Notes under the pieces: model-generated | Databases searched by the model: none | Seen by the model: only the letters and a program-made list of their open reading frames with translations | What the model was told of the DNA's origin: nothing | In this document: in pieces, positions 9,635 to 19,393 of the stretch | Numbering within the stretch: position 1 is the first letter of the stretch | How the letters are laid out: each line of letters opens with the position of its first letter | Assembly: GCA_002323325.1 (NCBI GenBank) | Contig: DCQA01000017.1 | Location: forward strand, 8,964-72,963 | Direction: 5' to 3' | DNA from: Coxiellaceae bacterium UBA1530 | Lineage (GTDB): Bacteria; Pseudomonadota; Gammaproteobacteria; Coxiellales; Coxiellaceae | Length of the DNA stretch: 64,000 bases | Made by a program: the position numbers and the translations under genes

Positions 9635-11500
9635 TTATTGCCCGCGGAGAAACAATTTGTCCAATTCTTTGATAGAGTATTGCACCCATGTTGGTCGGCC
9701 GTGATTACAATAACCACTGTTGGGTGTTGTCTCCATCTGACGAAGTAATGCATTCATTTCCTCACGGGATAGCACATGATGGGCTTTGATAGCCTGATGA
9801 CATGCCATATTTCCCAGTATCGTCGACCACACCTCATAAGTACGATGACTCGAATCATGGGACATCAATTCCGCAAAAATCTGATGCATCAAATCTTTCG
9901 CTTCCATATCTTTTAAATAAGCAGGCACACTACGAAGCGATAATGTTGTTGGTCCCATCACCGTGATCTGCATACCCACTGACTCGAACACCGCTTGATG
10001 CGATTCCCATGTCGCCATCTCGTTGGGCGTGACTTCGACAGGGACTGGTACTAAAAGATTTTGTAAAGGCATACTCTGTTGCTCAAAGTCACGCTTCATT
10101 TTTTCAAATAAAACACGTTCGTGAGCCGCATGCATGTCAATAATGACTAACCCTTGCTCATTTTGCGCTAGAATAAAAATATCGTGTAATTGCGTTAATG
10201 CGACACCTAACACAGGGCGAGGTTCTGATGGGGCCTGCGACGAGGTTATCATTTCCATAGAATCCACCGCTGAGTCACTGGCCCTACCCGTCATCAAATC
10301 CATAGCTGATTGTTCCACAGGCATAGGCTTTTGCAATACCGAAGAGCTACCCTCTTCTAGCACACTCGAAGATGATTGAAAGCTCGGTTGTGCCTGAGGT
10401 TGAACTACTCCATTGAGAGAGTGGACGACAGGTGTCTTGAGCTGTTGATGATTTATAGCATTATCAGGTAACTCAACCGACATAGTATTTTGGTCGGCAT
10501 GAGGTCGCACTCCGCTCAAGGCATCTTTTACGGCACGAACCAGCGCGTCATGTACAAGACGGCTATCGCGAAAGCGGACTTCATGCTTTGTTGGATGAAC
10601 ATTCACATCAATCAGTGCTGGATTCATATTGAGAAATAACACATAAGCCGGGTAACGCCCATGAAACAGGACATCGTGGTAAGCTTGCTTAACCGCGTGT
10701 GAAATTAATTTATCCCTCACGTAACGTCCGTTTATGTAAACGTACTGCATATCAGGTTGTGCCCGTGAAAAAACCGGTAAGGCAATATAACCTGTTAGTG
10801 TAATGCCCGCTCCTTCGTACTCAATGCACAGCGCCTCTTTGAGAAAGGCATCGCCCATAACCTGAGCAATGCGTCTTTCCTGGAGCACAACGTCAGTAGC
10901 TGCATGTGATTGGAACACAGGGCGATCATTATGGTTGAGAGTAAAACTCACATCAAAACGACTTAAAGCAAGACGATGCACAACGGTCTGAGCATGCATG
11001 AATTCAGTACGAGGTGCTCGTAAAAACTTTCTTCTAGCAGGTGTATTATAGAATAAATCTCTAATTTCTACCGTGGTACCTGTCGGATGGGAAGCCGGCT
11101 CACACACCTCTTCTCCCCCTTCGCTCAACACACGATAAGCACAAGACTGCCCATCCATGGCAGAGGTCAATACTAATCGTGAAACTGCTGCAATACTTGC
11201 CAGAGCTTCTCCACGAAAACCTAAACTATGAATGGCCTCAAGATCTTTGAAGTTTGACACTTTACTTGTAGCGTGACGAGATAACGCAAGTGGTAAATCA
11301 TCGGCATGAATACCTAGACCGTTATCACGCACACGAATTAATTCATGGCCACCTTGCATGATATCTAAAGTAATCTGCGTAGCATTTGCATCCAAACTAT
11401 TTTCGATACATTCCTTTATGACGGATGCTGGCCTTTCAACCACCTCTCCTGCTGAAATTTGGTTAGCCACCTGACTATCCAGTAATTGTATTCTACTCAT
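9635..11500 (-). CDS. mutL: DNA mismatch repair protein MutL
   Basis: 621 aa. GHKL ATPase N-terminus (LDSQVANQISAGEVVERPASVIKECIENSLDA, DNGLGI). Conserved C-terminal dimerisation region. amiB-mutL synteny. Confidence 0.97.
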   Translation of the reverse strand: MSRIQLLDSQVANQISAGEVVERPASVIKECIENSLDANATQITLDIMQGGHELIRVRDNGLGIHADDLPLALSRHATSKVSNFKDLEAIHSLGFRGEALASIAAVSRLVLTSAMDGQSCAYRVLSEGGEEVCEPASHPTGTTVEIRDLFYNTPARRKFLRAPRTEFMHAQTVVHRLALSRFDVSFTLNHNDRPVFQSHAATDVVLQERRIAQVMGDAFLKEALCIEYEGAGITLTGYIALPVFSRAQPDMQYVYINGRYVRDKLISHAVKQAYHDVLFHGRYPAYVLFLNMNPALIDVNVHPTKHEVRFRDSRLVHDALVRAVKDALSGVRPHADQNTMSVELPDNAINHQQLKTPVVHSLNGVVQPQAQPSFQSSSSVLEEGSSSVLQKPMPVEQSAMDLMTGRASDSAVDSMEMITSSQAPSEPRPVLGVALTQLHDIFILAQNEQGLVIIDMHAAHERVLFEKMKRDFEQQSMPLQNLLVPVPVEVTPNEMATWESHQAVFESVGMQITVMGPTTLSLRSVPAYLKDMEAKDLMHQIFAELMSHDSSHRTYEVWSTILGNMACHQAIKAHHVLSREEMNALLRQMETTPNSGYCNHGRPTWVQYSIKELDKLFLRGQ

Positions 11501-11503
11501 GAA

Positions 11504-12892
11504 TTAACCTGTTCTCTGTTGGGGTATTTTTAACTCTTGACCGATATGAATCACGTCACTGTTTAAATGATTAGCCTGACGAATGGCTCCAGCTGAAACA
11601 TGATAACGAAACGCGATATACGATAGACTATCGCCTCGACTTACTTTATGCCATAGTTCGTTTCGACGACGCTCTTGGGCTAGAGCTAATGCTGACCCTC
11701 TTGGCGGTTGAACCTGAAAATAAGAGACAATGCCGTGCTTAATTGATTGAGCGACTTTATTTTGGTATGACTGTGTACGAAGCCGAAGCTCCTCTTGTGG
11801 ATTAGACAGAAATCCGGTTTCAATCAGGAGCGATGGAATATCAGGCGACTTTAAAACCACAAAAGCTGCTTGATCAACGTCGTCGTCGTGTAGGTGAGCA
11901 AATGTTTTCAAGGAAGCAATGATCACATCACCGATCTCAATACTACTACGGATGGTCGCTGTTTGAGATAAGCTAATCAGTACCGACTGCAGCATATGCG
12001 TCTTATCAGACAGCTCAACTCCCCCTAACAGTTCTGATTGATTTTCTCGATCTGCTAGCCAACGTGCTGCTTCGCTAGTCGCACCTTTAGTCGATAGAGC
12101 ATACACCGAGGCACCTTTTGCAGCCTTGTTATGAAAAGCATCCGCGTGAATCGCAACGAACATATCCGCTTTATGCTGACGAGCAATTGCTAGTCGTTGA
12201 CGTAATGTCAAGTAAACATCTGTATCTCGAGTTAAATACGCTTTAAATCCCGGCTGTTGATTAATCAATCGGTAGAGCTTTTTAGAGATGGACAATACAA
12301 CCGTCTTTTCATGTGTACCTCTTACACCGGTAGCACCCGGATCTTTACCACCATGTCCAGGGTCAATCACAACAATGATATCGGATGAACGTTTTGGAGC
12401 ATCTGAGGATACCATTGTCTTCGGTTTATTGTTCACTGTGGACACAGATAAAGCGGCGACAGATGCACCGCGTAATTTAACGATGAGTTGTTGCTGCCCT
12501 CCTTGCTCGACTTTGACAACATCGGTCCTCAAGGGAGATTTCATGTCTAGCACTAAGCGCAAACTGCCATGAAGACGCTCTGAGCTTCTCACACGGTACA
12601 ATGGCGAGTCTTGCAAGCTTACATTGCTCAAGTCAACCGCTGACCGAGTGTCATCAATATCAATCACTAATCGGTCAGGACCACTGAGAGTAAAATATCG
12701 ATATTTCAGTGGTGAATTCCCAGAAAATTGCAAGACCATGCGCCACTCTTCGGAGAAACGATGCGTTGATAAAGATCTTAAGGCATGAGAGCTTGCCAGA
12801 CTTGTTGTCAACAGTGCGACACTGAAAAGTAGCGCGACAATCATTCCGTATTTAACATATTTTAAGAAAGACATGTTTGTAATTGCTCCCAT
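11504..12892 (-). CDS. amiB: N-acetylmuramoyl-L-alanine amidase with AMIN and C-terminal LysM domains
   Basis: VIDPGHGGKDPGA amidase_3 motif. N-terminal signal/AMIN region (RLVIDIDD). LysM-like tail (HKVSRGDSLSYIAFRY...IHIGQELKIP). tsaE-amiB-mutL order. Start uncertain (12892, 12874 or 12844). Confidence 0.9.
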   Translation of the reverse strand: MGAITNMSFLKYVKYGMIVALLFSVALLTTSLASSHALRSLSTHRFSEEWRMVLQFSGNSPLKYRYFTLSGPDRLVIDIDDTRSAVDLSNVSLQDSPLYRVRSSERLHGSLRLVLDMKSPLRTDVVKVEQGGQQQLIVKLRGASVAALSVSTVNNKPKTMVSSDAPKRSSDIIVVIDPGHGGKDPGATGVRGTHEKTVVLSISKKLYRLINQQPGFKAYLTRDTDVYLTLRQRLAIARQHKADMFVAIHADAFHNKAAKGASVYALSTKGATSEAARWLADRENQSELLGGVELSDKTHMLQSVLISLSQTATIRSSIEIGDVIIASLKTFAHLHDDDVDQAAFVVLKSPDIPSLLIETGFLSNPQEELRLRTQSYQNKVAQSIKHGIVSYFQVQPPRGSALALAQERRRNELWHKVSRGDSLSYIAFRYHVSAGAIRQANHLNSDVIHIGQELKIPQQRTG

Positions 12893-13332
12893 CCGTTTAA
12901 TTCAGTGTTATCACTCTCAATAATTACCTCTCGACCAACCGCTGTATCAGGAACCACAATAGAAATTCTCAAATGGGGCGAAGGTAAGACTGCTTCACCA
13001 CTCTGTGGCCACTCGATCATACAAACGGCTTGCTCTGTCACATAATCATCAATGCCCATATCCAACCACTCACTCGCATTCTGTATTCGATAGCCATCAA
13101 AATGGTGACAAACAAACGGCGCTAAGTTATACGTTTCAACCATGGCATAGGTAGGACTATTAACCGTTCCCTTGTGGCCCAGTGCTCTTAGAAAACCACG
13201 CACTAAAGTAGTTTTACCAGCGCCAAGACCACCGATTAAAAACACCTGATCACCGGCAGACACGCAAGTTGTCAGAGCGGCGCCTAGCTGCATCATAGCG
13301 ACCTCACTATCAACATAACCTTTAATGCGCAT
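12862..13332 (-). CDS. tsaE: tRNA threonylcarbamoyladenosine biosynthesis ATPase TsaE
   Basis: 156 aa. P-loop GGLGAGKTT. SPTY and HFDxYR motifs typical of YjeE/TsaE. Synteny. Confidence 0.9.
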   Translation of the reverse strand: MRIKGYVDSEVAMMQLGAALTTCVSAGDQVFLIGGLGAGKTTLVRGFLRALGHKGTVNSPTYAMVETYNLAPFVCHHFDGYRIQNASEWLDMGIDDYVTEQAVCMIEWPQSGEAVLPSPHLRISIVVPDTAVGREVIIESDNTELNGWEQLQTCLS

Positions 13333-14827
13333 CTGGATTCACCAAAGTTCTGAGTTGATTAAGCACATCACTGGCTAATAAACCTCGCTCCCCACCTCGA
13401 TCGGCTGCTTTATCACCTGCCATGGCATGAACCATGACGCCAACCTCTGCAGCCTGGGAGGAAGACAATCCTTGCGCTAAAAGCCCACCTAAAATTCCAC
13501 TGAGCACGTCGCCCATACCACCTGAGGACATACCAGGGTTTCCTGCAGAGCAGACGACAGGGATCTCTGCTGGTGATTGAATCACTGTGCCGCCCCCTTT
13601 TAAAACTGTCACGCCTCCGTAAAGGTCACACACCTTTTTGGCTGCTGAATAGCGATCAGATTGTACTTCGATGGAAGACACTGAGAGCAGCCGCCCCGCT
13701 TCACCGGGATGCGGTGTCAGGATCCAACGATCATTGTGCACACGTGCATTAGCCAGCAGGTTAAGCGCATCGGCATCAACCACCATGGGTATGTCTAACG
13801 TTTGCACACAGTGCATCAACGGTAGTGACCAATCGGACTGGCCAAGACCAGGTCCAATCACGATGACAGTGGCTTTCTCAATCAATGGAAGCAAATCATC
13901 TGCGGTCTCAACAGAACGACACATGATTTCTGGACGTGCACCTGTGACAACAGCAAGATGCTCAGGCCGAGAGGCAACCGTTACCAAACCGGCACCAACG
14001 CGCATAGCCGCCTCTGCTGCCATCAAGACAGCTCCACCCATGCCGTGATCACCTCCGATAATCAGTACGTGACCAAAATCCCCTTTATGAGTATCTCGAC
14101 GACGACGAGGTAAAGCAGCTTCTAGCATGAGTGGATGCATTAAACGACCTGACGGTCTCACGAGGGTCTCTGTAGTAATAAGTGGTTCAACAAATAGCTG
14201 CCCCACCTGTGATAGGCCAGCACCCGTTACTAGGCCCGACTTGATGGCCAGAAAAGTGATGGTTGCCCGTGCGTCAACAGCCACTGTTAAAACACCGCCC
14301 GTATCGGCATTTAAACCTGATGGAATATCGAGTGAGAATACCGGTGACTGAGAATGATTCATGGCATTAACGACGCTCAAGTAGTCACCCATCAAAGGTC
14401 TATTGCAACCGATACCTAGTACAGCATCAACTATCACGTCTGCGATCAATATAGATTCATAAGAATAAGGCTGGATCTCTACACCAGCTTGTCGGCAGGC
14501 TAATGCAGCCTCTTGAGCTATGCCAGTTAAATGCTCCGGCATCGCTAGGGCGTACACTACAACAGAGCACCCAGCCTCATGAGCACAACGTGCTAACACA
14601 AAACCATCTCCCCCGTTATTGCCTTTACCACAACAAACCGCTATGGTCCTGCAATGTGGCCAGTGCTTCTTCAAACACTGCCATGCAGCTGCGCCGGCTT
14701 GTTGCATCAGTGAGGCCAGAGACGTCGCCTGTTGTAAAACTAGCGAGTCTTCTAGTGCTCGAATACCCTGAGTGTCATAAAGCGCAGTCATAACTATCCA
14801 TAAATTTAATGAGCTTAAAAATGCCAA
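13322..14827 (-). CDS. nnr: bifunctional NAD(P)H-hydrate epimerase / ADP-dependent dehydratase
   Basis: 501 aa. YjeF_N (CGKGNNGGDG) plus a carbohydrate-kinase-like C-terminal half (GDFGHVLIIGG, GMGDVLSG). The likely true start is M13 at 14791. Confidence 0.92.
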   Translation of the reverse strand: MAFLSSLNLWIVMTALYDTQGIRALEDSLVLQQATSLASLMQQAGAAAWQCLKKHWPHCRTIAVCCGKGNNGGDGFVLARCAHEAGCSVVVYALAMPEHLTGIAQEAALACRQAGVEIQPYSYESILIADVIVDAVLGIGCNRPLMGDYLSVVNAMNHSQSPVFSLDIPSGLNADTGGVLTVAVDARATITFLAIKSGLVTGAGLSQVGQLFVEPLITTETLVRPSGRLMHPLMLEAALPRRRRDTHKGDFGHVLIIGGDHGMGGAVLMAAEAAMRVGAGLVTVASRPEHLAVVTGARPEIMCRSVETADDLLPLIEKATVIVIGPGLGQSDWSLPLMHCVQTLDIPMVVDADALNLLANARVHNDRWILTPHPGEAGRLLSVSSIEVQSDRYSAAKKVCDLYGGVTVLKGGGTVIQSPAEIPVVCSAGNPGMSSGGMGDVLSGILGGLLAQGLSSSQAAEVGVMVHAMAGDKAADRGGERGLLASDVLNQLRTLVNPDAH

Positions 14828-15879
14828 ACGTTGATTTTACGCAACTTCACCAAGACATCAAACGTTGGGCGCAAGAAATTGGTTTTCAACGGGTAGGAGT
14901 TGCCGATATTGACTTAAAATTAGACAGTGAACGTTACCGACGTTGGTGTGAACGAGGCTTTCACGGCACCATGGATTACATGACTCGACATGAAAGTTTA
15001 CGAAACAACCCTCAACAATTAGTCTCCGATGTGCAGCGAGTGATTGTTGTCAGTATGAACTATTTAAGTGTGCGCACTAACATGCAGGCAGTTGAGCCAA
15101 GCGAAAAAACAGCATATGTCGCGCGATACGCGCTTGGTCGCGACTATCATAAATTACTGCGCAAGCGACTTGATAAATTAGCTCAACGCATTACCCAGCA
15201 GGTCGCATCACATGGCTATCGCGCTTTTTGTGACAGCGCCCCTGTGTTAGAAAGAGCGCTGGCGCGCAAGGCTGGCATTGGATGGGTAGGAAAAAACACC
15301 CTCGTTATGAATCGTGAGCAAGGCTCTTGGTTTTTTTTAGGCGAGCTATTTACCAACCTACCCTTACCCATCGATCAACCGATTAAAGAACATTGCGGTA
15401 GTTGCTCTGCCTGTATCACCGTCTGTCCAACACGAGCCATCATCAAACCCTATGAACTCGATGCGAGACGCTGCATCGCTTATCTAACCATTGAACACAA
15501 AGGCTCGATTGATCCTGAATTCAGACCTCTAATTGGCAACCGTGTCTTTGGTTGTGATGATTGTCAGATCATATGCCCATGGAATAAGTTTGCAAAAATC
15601 ACTAACGAGACTGACTTTAAGCCGCGACATCAACTAGACAGCAGCCAATTAGTCGATTTATTTTTATGGGATGAAGCCACCTTCCTCAAAAACACAGAAG
15701 GCTCGGCAATACGGCGCACCGGGTATATCTGTTGGCTAAGAAACATAGCGATTGGACTTGGTAATGCGGCCAAAGACGAAAAGATTCTTGCTGCACTGAA
15801 TCAGCGGCGCTCACACCCATCCAGTCTTGTGCGCGAACACGTTGAATGGGCTATCAAACAACAATCATCATCAGTCTAA
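14809..15879 (+). CDS. queG: epoxyqueuosine reductase
   Basis: 356 aa. Two 4Fe-4S ferredoxin motifs (CGSCSACITVCP, CDDCQIICPWN). HEAT-like tail. Divergent from nnr, as in enterobacteria. Confidence 0.93.
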   Translation: MSLKMPNVDFTQLHQDIKRWAQEIGFQRVGVADIDLKLDSERYRRWCERGFHGTMDYMTRHESLRNNPQQLVSDVQRVIVVSMNYLSVRTNMQAVEPSEKTAYVARYALGRDYHKLLRKRLDKLAQRITQQVASHGYRAFCDSAPVLERALARKAGIGWVGKNTLVMNREQGSWFFLGELFTNLPLPIDQPIKEHCGSCSACITVCPTRAIIKPYELDARRCIAYLTIEHKGSIDPEFRPLIGNRVFGCDDCQIICPWNKFAKITNETDFKPRHQLDSSQLVDLFLWDEATFLKNTEGSAIRRTGYICWLRNIAIGLGNAAKDEKILAALNQRRSHPSSLVREHVEWAIKQQSSSV

Positions 15880-15911
15880 TGAAGTAAAAGTATAATATTA
15901 TTTGATCAAAT

Positions 15912-16172
15912 CTACATAGAGTGATTCATTACAAGCTCTACAATTGTATTCACAGTATCGAATGCATATTGATCAAAGCCAATGCGCGCGAAATCCAGTT
16001 GAAACTGTTGCTCTAACAATGATGCCACCTCAACCACTTGCAATGAACTTAGTCGACGTGATAACACCAATGACTCATCATTATCTAATATTGGATCTTG
16101 CTCAACCGTTTCTAATATTTGATTCACTATCGAACGCACCTGCTGTGTTAGCATTGCTTTTTCATCACTCAT
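15912..16172 (-). CDS. DltC-like aminoacyl/acyl carrier protein
   Basis: 86 aa, acidic. Candidate phosphopantetheine-attachment serine in LSSLQVVEVASLLE (compare DltC DSMGTVELL). Its start overlaps the stop of the upstream MBOAT gene. Confidence 0.7.
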   Translation of the reverse strand: MSDEKAMLTQQVRSIVNQILETVEQDPILDNDESLVLSRRLSSLQVVEVASLLEQQFQLDFARIGFDQYAFDTVNTIVELVMNHSM

Positions 16173-17590
16173 AGACCCACCAACTTAGTTAGAAATTGAA
16201 AGTTAATCATGATATTTGTACTGTAATACGGCTGATTAAATACACTTAAAATGCAATAAAACCCAACCACTCCGAGAGGAATAGTCAGGTATCGTCGCCA
16301 AAATGGAATGACAGCTGACAGGCGTTGGGCACGCAACTGTGAGATACCAATAGCTATTGACAAGATCAATGCATAGAAAAAATAAGTTTGCATCATGATG
16401 ATTGATTTCAATAAACCAAAACTTTGCAGCACCTTGATCTCAGCTAGTAAATGATAAATACTATTACCAACTCCTGCAGCCATTACCGTTGCAAAGACCA
16501 GACGAAGCTTAGGTTTCTTTTTAAAACACGAAAAAAAAGTTGGGTAAAAAAATACTTCGACCATTAACTCTTTAAAATAAAAATAATACCGATTCCAAAA
16601 GTCCGAGATAGACGTTGCAAAAAAAGGATTATCCATGTTGCGAGCTGCTTTAAATCCTGCCATCCGAACAATAGCGATTATGATGTGTCCATTCATACCA
16701 AAAGACAACGTCTGAAAGATAAAATGCAGCAATAAAACTCGCCAATAAAACATCACATCCTGGTGGGATAATGATGAAAAATTCGATAAGACAAATTTCA
16801 TTGAAGGTATATTCCATGCTTGCTGCATTATCAACAAACTTTCCAGTGCAATATGCCAAAGCATGGCCAGCAATAATAAATGAAAAGCACTCAGTTGGCA
16901 GCGTGCTAATGACAAGGCATCAAGTGAGGCAATTTTATTCAAATACATACGCCCCTTAGGAAACGGCGTAGCAGTACCGCCCCAAAAAGGTAAGTAAGCA
17001 AAGACCTGACTAAAACCATACAGCCCATTTAACTGCTTAACTTCTAGTAAGGTATAACTGATGTACCAAAAATAAGCAGAAACAACTGTGATAAACAACC
17101 AACAATAAATCTTGATACTACCCGATAGCCAAGTTGATGCTAACCAGATCATCAGAAAGATCATGACCATCAAGTTAATAATTGGGTGTCGCATCAACCA
17201 ATGTGATTTCATCTTATGAGCCAAGCCAAGATAAATACAACAAAACAGTAAGACAGCAACAATAGCTATACTCTCTTGATACCATGACGGTGCATAAAAG
17301 GCCGGCCATGAAAACCACGGCAACCAAAATAATCCTATTACGCTAAATACACTCAAACACCACAAACGATACTGGGGTAGAAAGGAAGTGATGATCAACG
17401 CCAAGGTCACCATAGGCCACCAAGGATACAAGAGTGGTACCTTAATTGGCCACCAGGAGATCCCCATCATACCAAGTACCACACTGAATATCGCCAACAT
17501 GGCACACTTACCTAGAGGGGATTGTAAAAATACCAGCAATTCTGCGTCATCCTGATAATTACTAGTGTCTAACCATTGTATTTTTTTCAT
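16169..17590 (-). CDS. MBOAT-family membrane O-acyltransferase (DltB/AlgI-like), atypical motif
   Basis: 473 aa, polytopic. Region NGHIIIAIVRMAGFKAARNMDNPFFATSISDFWNRYYFYFKEL is collinear with the DltB/AlgI core (..NF..P..a.si.dFWrRWH.sLs.W). Translationally coupled to both flanking genes. Confidence 0.8.
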   Translation of the reverse strand: MKKIQWLDTSNYQDDAELLVFLQSPLGKCAMLAIFSVVLGMMGISWWPIKVPLLYPWWPMVTLALIITSFLPQYRLWCLSVFSVIGLFWLPWFSWPAFYAPSWYQESIAIVAVLLFCCIYLGLAHKMKSHWLMRHPIINLMVMIFLMIWLASTWLSGSIKIYCWLFITVVSAYFWYISYTLLEVKQLNGLYGFSQVFAYLPFWGGTATPFPKGRMYLNKIASLDALSLARCQLSAFHLLLLAMLWHIALESLLIMQQAWNIPSMKFVLSNFSSLSHQDVMFYWRVLLLHFIFQTLSFGMNGHIIIAIVRMAGFKAARNMDNPFFATSISDFWNRYYFYFKELMVEVFFYPTFFSCFKKKPKLRLVFATVMAAGVGNSIYHLLAEIKVLQSFGLLKSIIMMQTYFFYALILSIAIGISQLRAQRLSAVIPFWRRYLTIPLGVVGFYCILSVFNQPYYSTNIMINFQFLTKLVGL

Positions 17591-19035
17591 GAAAGTCCCT
17601 GCTTTAGGGTACGTCGATCCAACTTTCCATTCATATTTCGGGGAAGTTGCTCCACTACGACTATCTTCTCTGGAACCATGTAAAAAGGTAACAGTTTTAG
17701 TAATTTCGCCCTTATTGCCTGTTGATTTATTTCGTCTTTTTCCACTACACCCAGCAAATGATCGCCATGGTCACCTGATACAATGACAGCTGCCACTTCA
17801 GAGCAGTGTGTCGCCTGTCTCAAATAATACTCGATTTCTTCTAGCTCGACACGGTGACCTTGAATTTTTACTTGGTTGTCCAAACGCCCTAAGTAGTGAT
17901 AGCCAGTCTCGGTATGGCGATACGCTTGATCTCCAGTGCGATACCACCGTTGATCACCGTACTCAGGGTGAAACTGTTGCACAAATTTGTCAGCAGTAAG
18001 TTCTGGCTGATGCCAATACCCAGTGACCACTTGAGAACCTGCAATCATGATTTCACCAGGCTTATCGTCAACCACCCATTGCCCATCCTCATCCATTAAA
18101 GCAATCATATTGCCAGGCAAAGCATGACCGATAGGCATAATTGTTTGCTCATCCAAGCCAATATCGATATCGATATCGCTTTGAACGGATAAAGAATACG
18201 CCATGCATTCAACCGTAGCCTCTGTTGGGCCGTAGAGATTTTGCACGATACTATTGACGGCTGCTTGCTGCCAAGCTAAGGCATCACCCATTAACAAAGG
18301 TTCACCTGAGAATAAGCTCAAGCGTAATGATGGGAGGCTACTTGAAGGTAACACATTAAGCTGCCTCATCAAGCCAATGATGGACGGTACAGAAAACCAC
18401 ACAGTGATTTTTTTATCTTGAATGAATTTTGCTGGCGCTAAGCGTAAACGTTCAGGTACAACATATAAACTAGCTCCAGAATTCCATGTCATAAAAACAT
18501 CATACACAGACATATCAAACGACAGATCAGCGTGCTGCGCTACCCTATCATCAGAGGCTAGTCGATGATATTGCTGCATCATGCTAATAAACACATCCAG
18601 CTGGCCAAAAGTAACTGGCACACCCTTAGGAACACCTGTGCTTCCAGAGGTAAACATAATGTAAGCTGGCCTGTTCGACTCATACTGAACAATCTGATTT
18701 AATGGCACCGACCGCGTAAAATCAAATTGTTTATCATCAAATACGGCATCTAATTGAGCTTCATGCTCAATAGCATCTAAACGCTCACGAGGTAATTTAA
18801 GATTTAAAGGCACATAGGCGCAGCCCGTAAGTAAACAAGCCATAATAGCTACGTAGTTTCCAACTGATCGATCGACCTGAATACCTAGACGCGCGATAGC
18901 GCCGTGATTAAGCCAATGCGCAACGATAGATGCTCGTTGAAAAAGGGTTTGATAACTGTACTCCTGTTCATCGATGCACAATGCAATAGTATTGGGCTGA
19001 TGAGATACTATGCGACGCAGCGTGTCGATCAACAC
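17587..19035 (-). CDS. DltA-like adenylation enzyme (carrier-protein ligase, ANL superfamily)
   Basis: 482 aa stand-alone A domain with core motifs FTSGSTGVPKGV, YGPTE, YRTGD, GRLDNQVKIQGHRVELEEIE and NGKLDR. Confidence 0.88.
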   Translation of the reverse strand: MLIDTLRRIVSHQPNTIALCIDEQEYSYQTLFQRASIVAHWLNHGAIARLGIQVDRSVGNYVAIMACLLTGCAYVPLNLKLPRERLDAIEHEAQLDAVFDDKQFDFTRSVPLNQIVQYESNRPAYIMFTSGSTGVPKGVPVTFGQLDVFISMMQQYHRLASDDRVAQHADLSFDMSVYDVFMTWNSGASLYVVPERLRLAPAKFIQDKKITVWFSVPSIIGLMRQLNVLPSSSLPSLRLSLFSGEPLLMGDALAWQQAAVNSIVQNLYGPTEATVECMAYSLSVQSDIDIDIGLDEQTIMPIGHALPGNMIALMDEDGQWVVDDKPGEIMIAGSQVVTGYWHQPELTADKFVQQFHPEYGDQRWYRTGDQAYRHTETGYHYLGRLDNQVKIQGHRVELEEIEYYLRQATHCSEVAAVIVSGDHGDHLLGVVEKDEINQQAIRAKLLKLLPFYMVPEKIVVVEQLPRNMNGKLDRRTLKQGLS

Positions 19036-19393
19036 CTTATACCATCCCCTGATTATTAGCCTTGATGTGACCAGCCATCTGATGAACCCTTATCATTAGC
19101 TTCTAAAAAACTATGATATCAATAATTTACAGAACTGAATAGTTTGCAACTATTTATGATCACTGATAATCAAGATGATAATCTAATGAAATATCAACCA
19201 TAGCCTTTACCAGAGTCAAAAGATCTCATCATCATAAAGATTGATGAGTGTATTGGGTGTCACCGACTGATAGCTGTGTGAATCACAAGCCAAAATCATC
19301 GAGCATTTTGAGTACTGATTCATCACATCAGCGCAAATACACAAGTGTTAGAGGGTCAAGGTACAACACAGGTTGACAGCCACCTCAGTATTT

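Noticed and set aside
13671-14793. ORF-track entries antisense to or nested in nnr (13671-14048, 14127-14351, 14503-14793). Similar nested ORFs occur elsewhere, e.g. 3537-3839, 9192-9632, 10134-10379, 12288-12572, 15944-16174, 16650-16959, 17808-18099, 19404-19674, 24008-24478, 30972-31611, 53451-54539 and 61450-61783.
   Set aside because: Each lies inside, or antisense to, a long ORF with strong family motifs. Their translations are low-complexity or Arg/Ser/Pro-rich, as expected of wrong-frame readings. No independent start or RBS context was seen.
18161-18178. Hexanucleotide microsatellite (atatcg x3) inside the DltA-like gene, encoding DIDIDI.
   Set aside because: The unit is in frame, so slippage would only add or remove Asp-Ile pairs in a loop. 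Three copies are too few for a convincing phase-variation switch.
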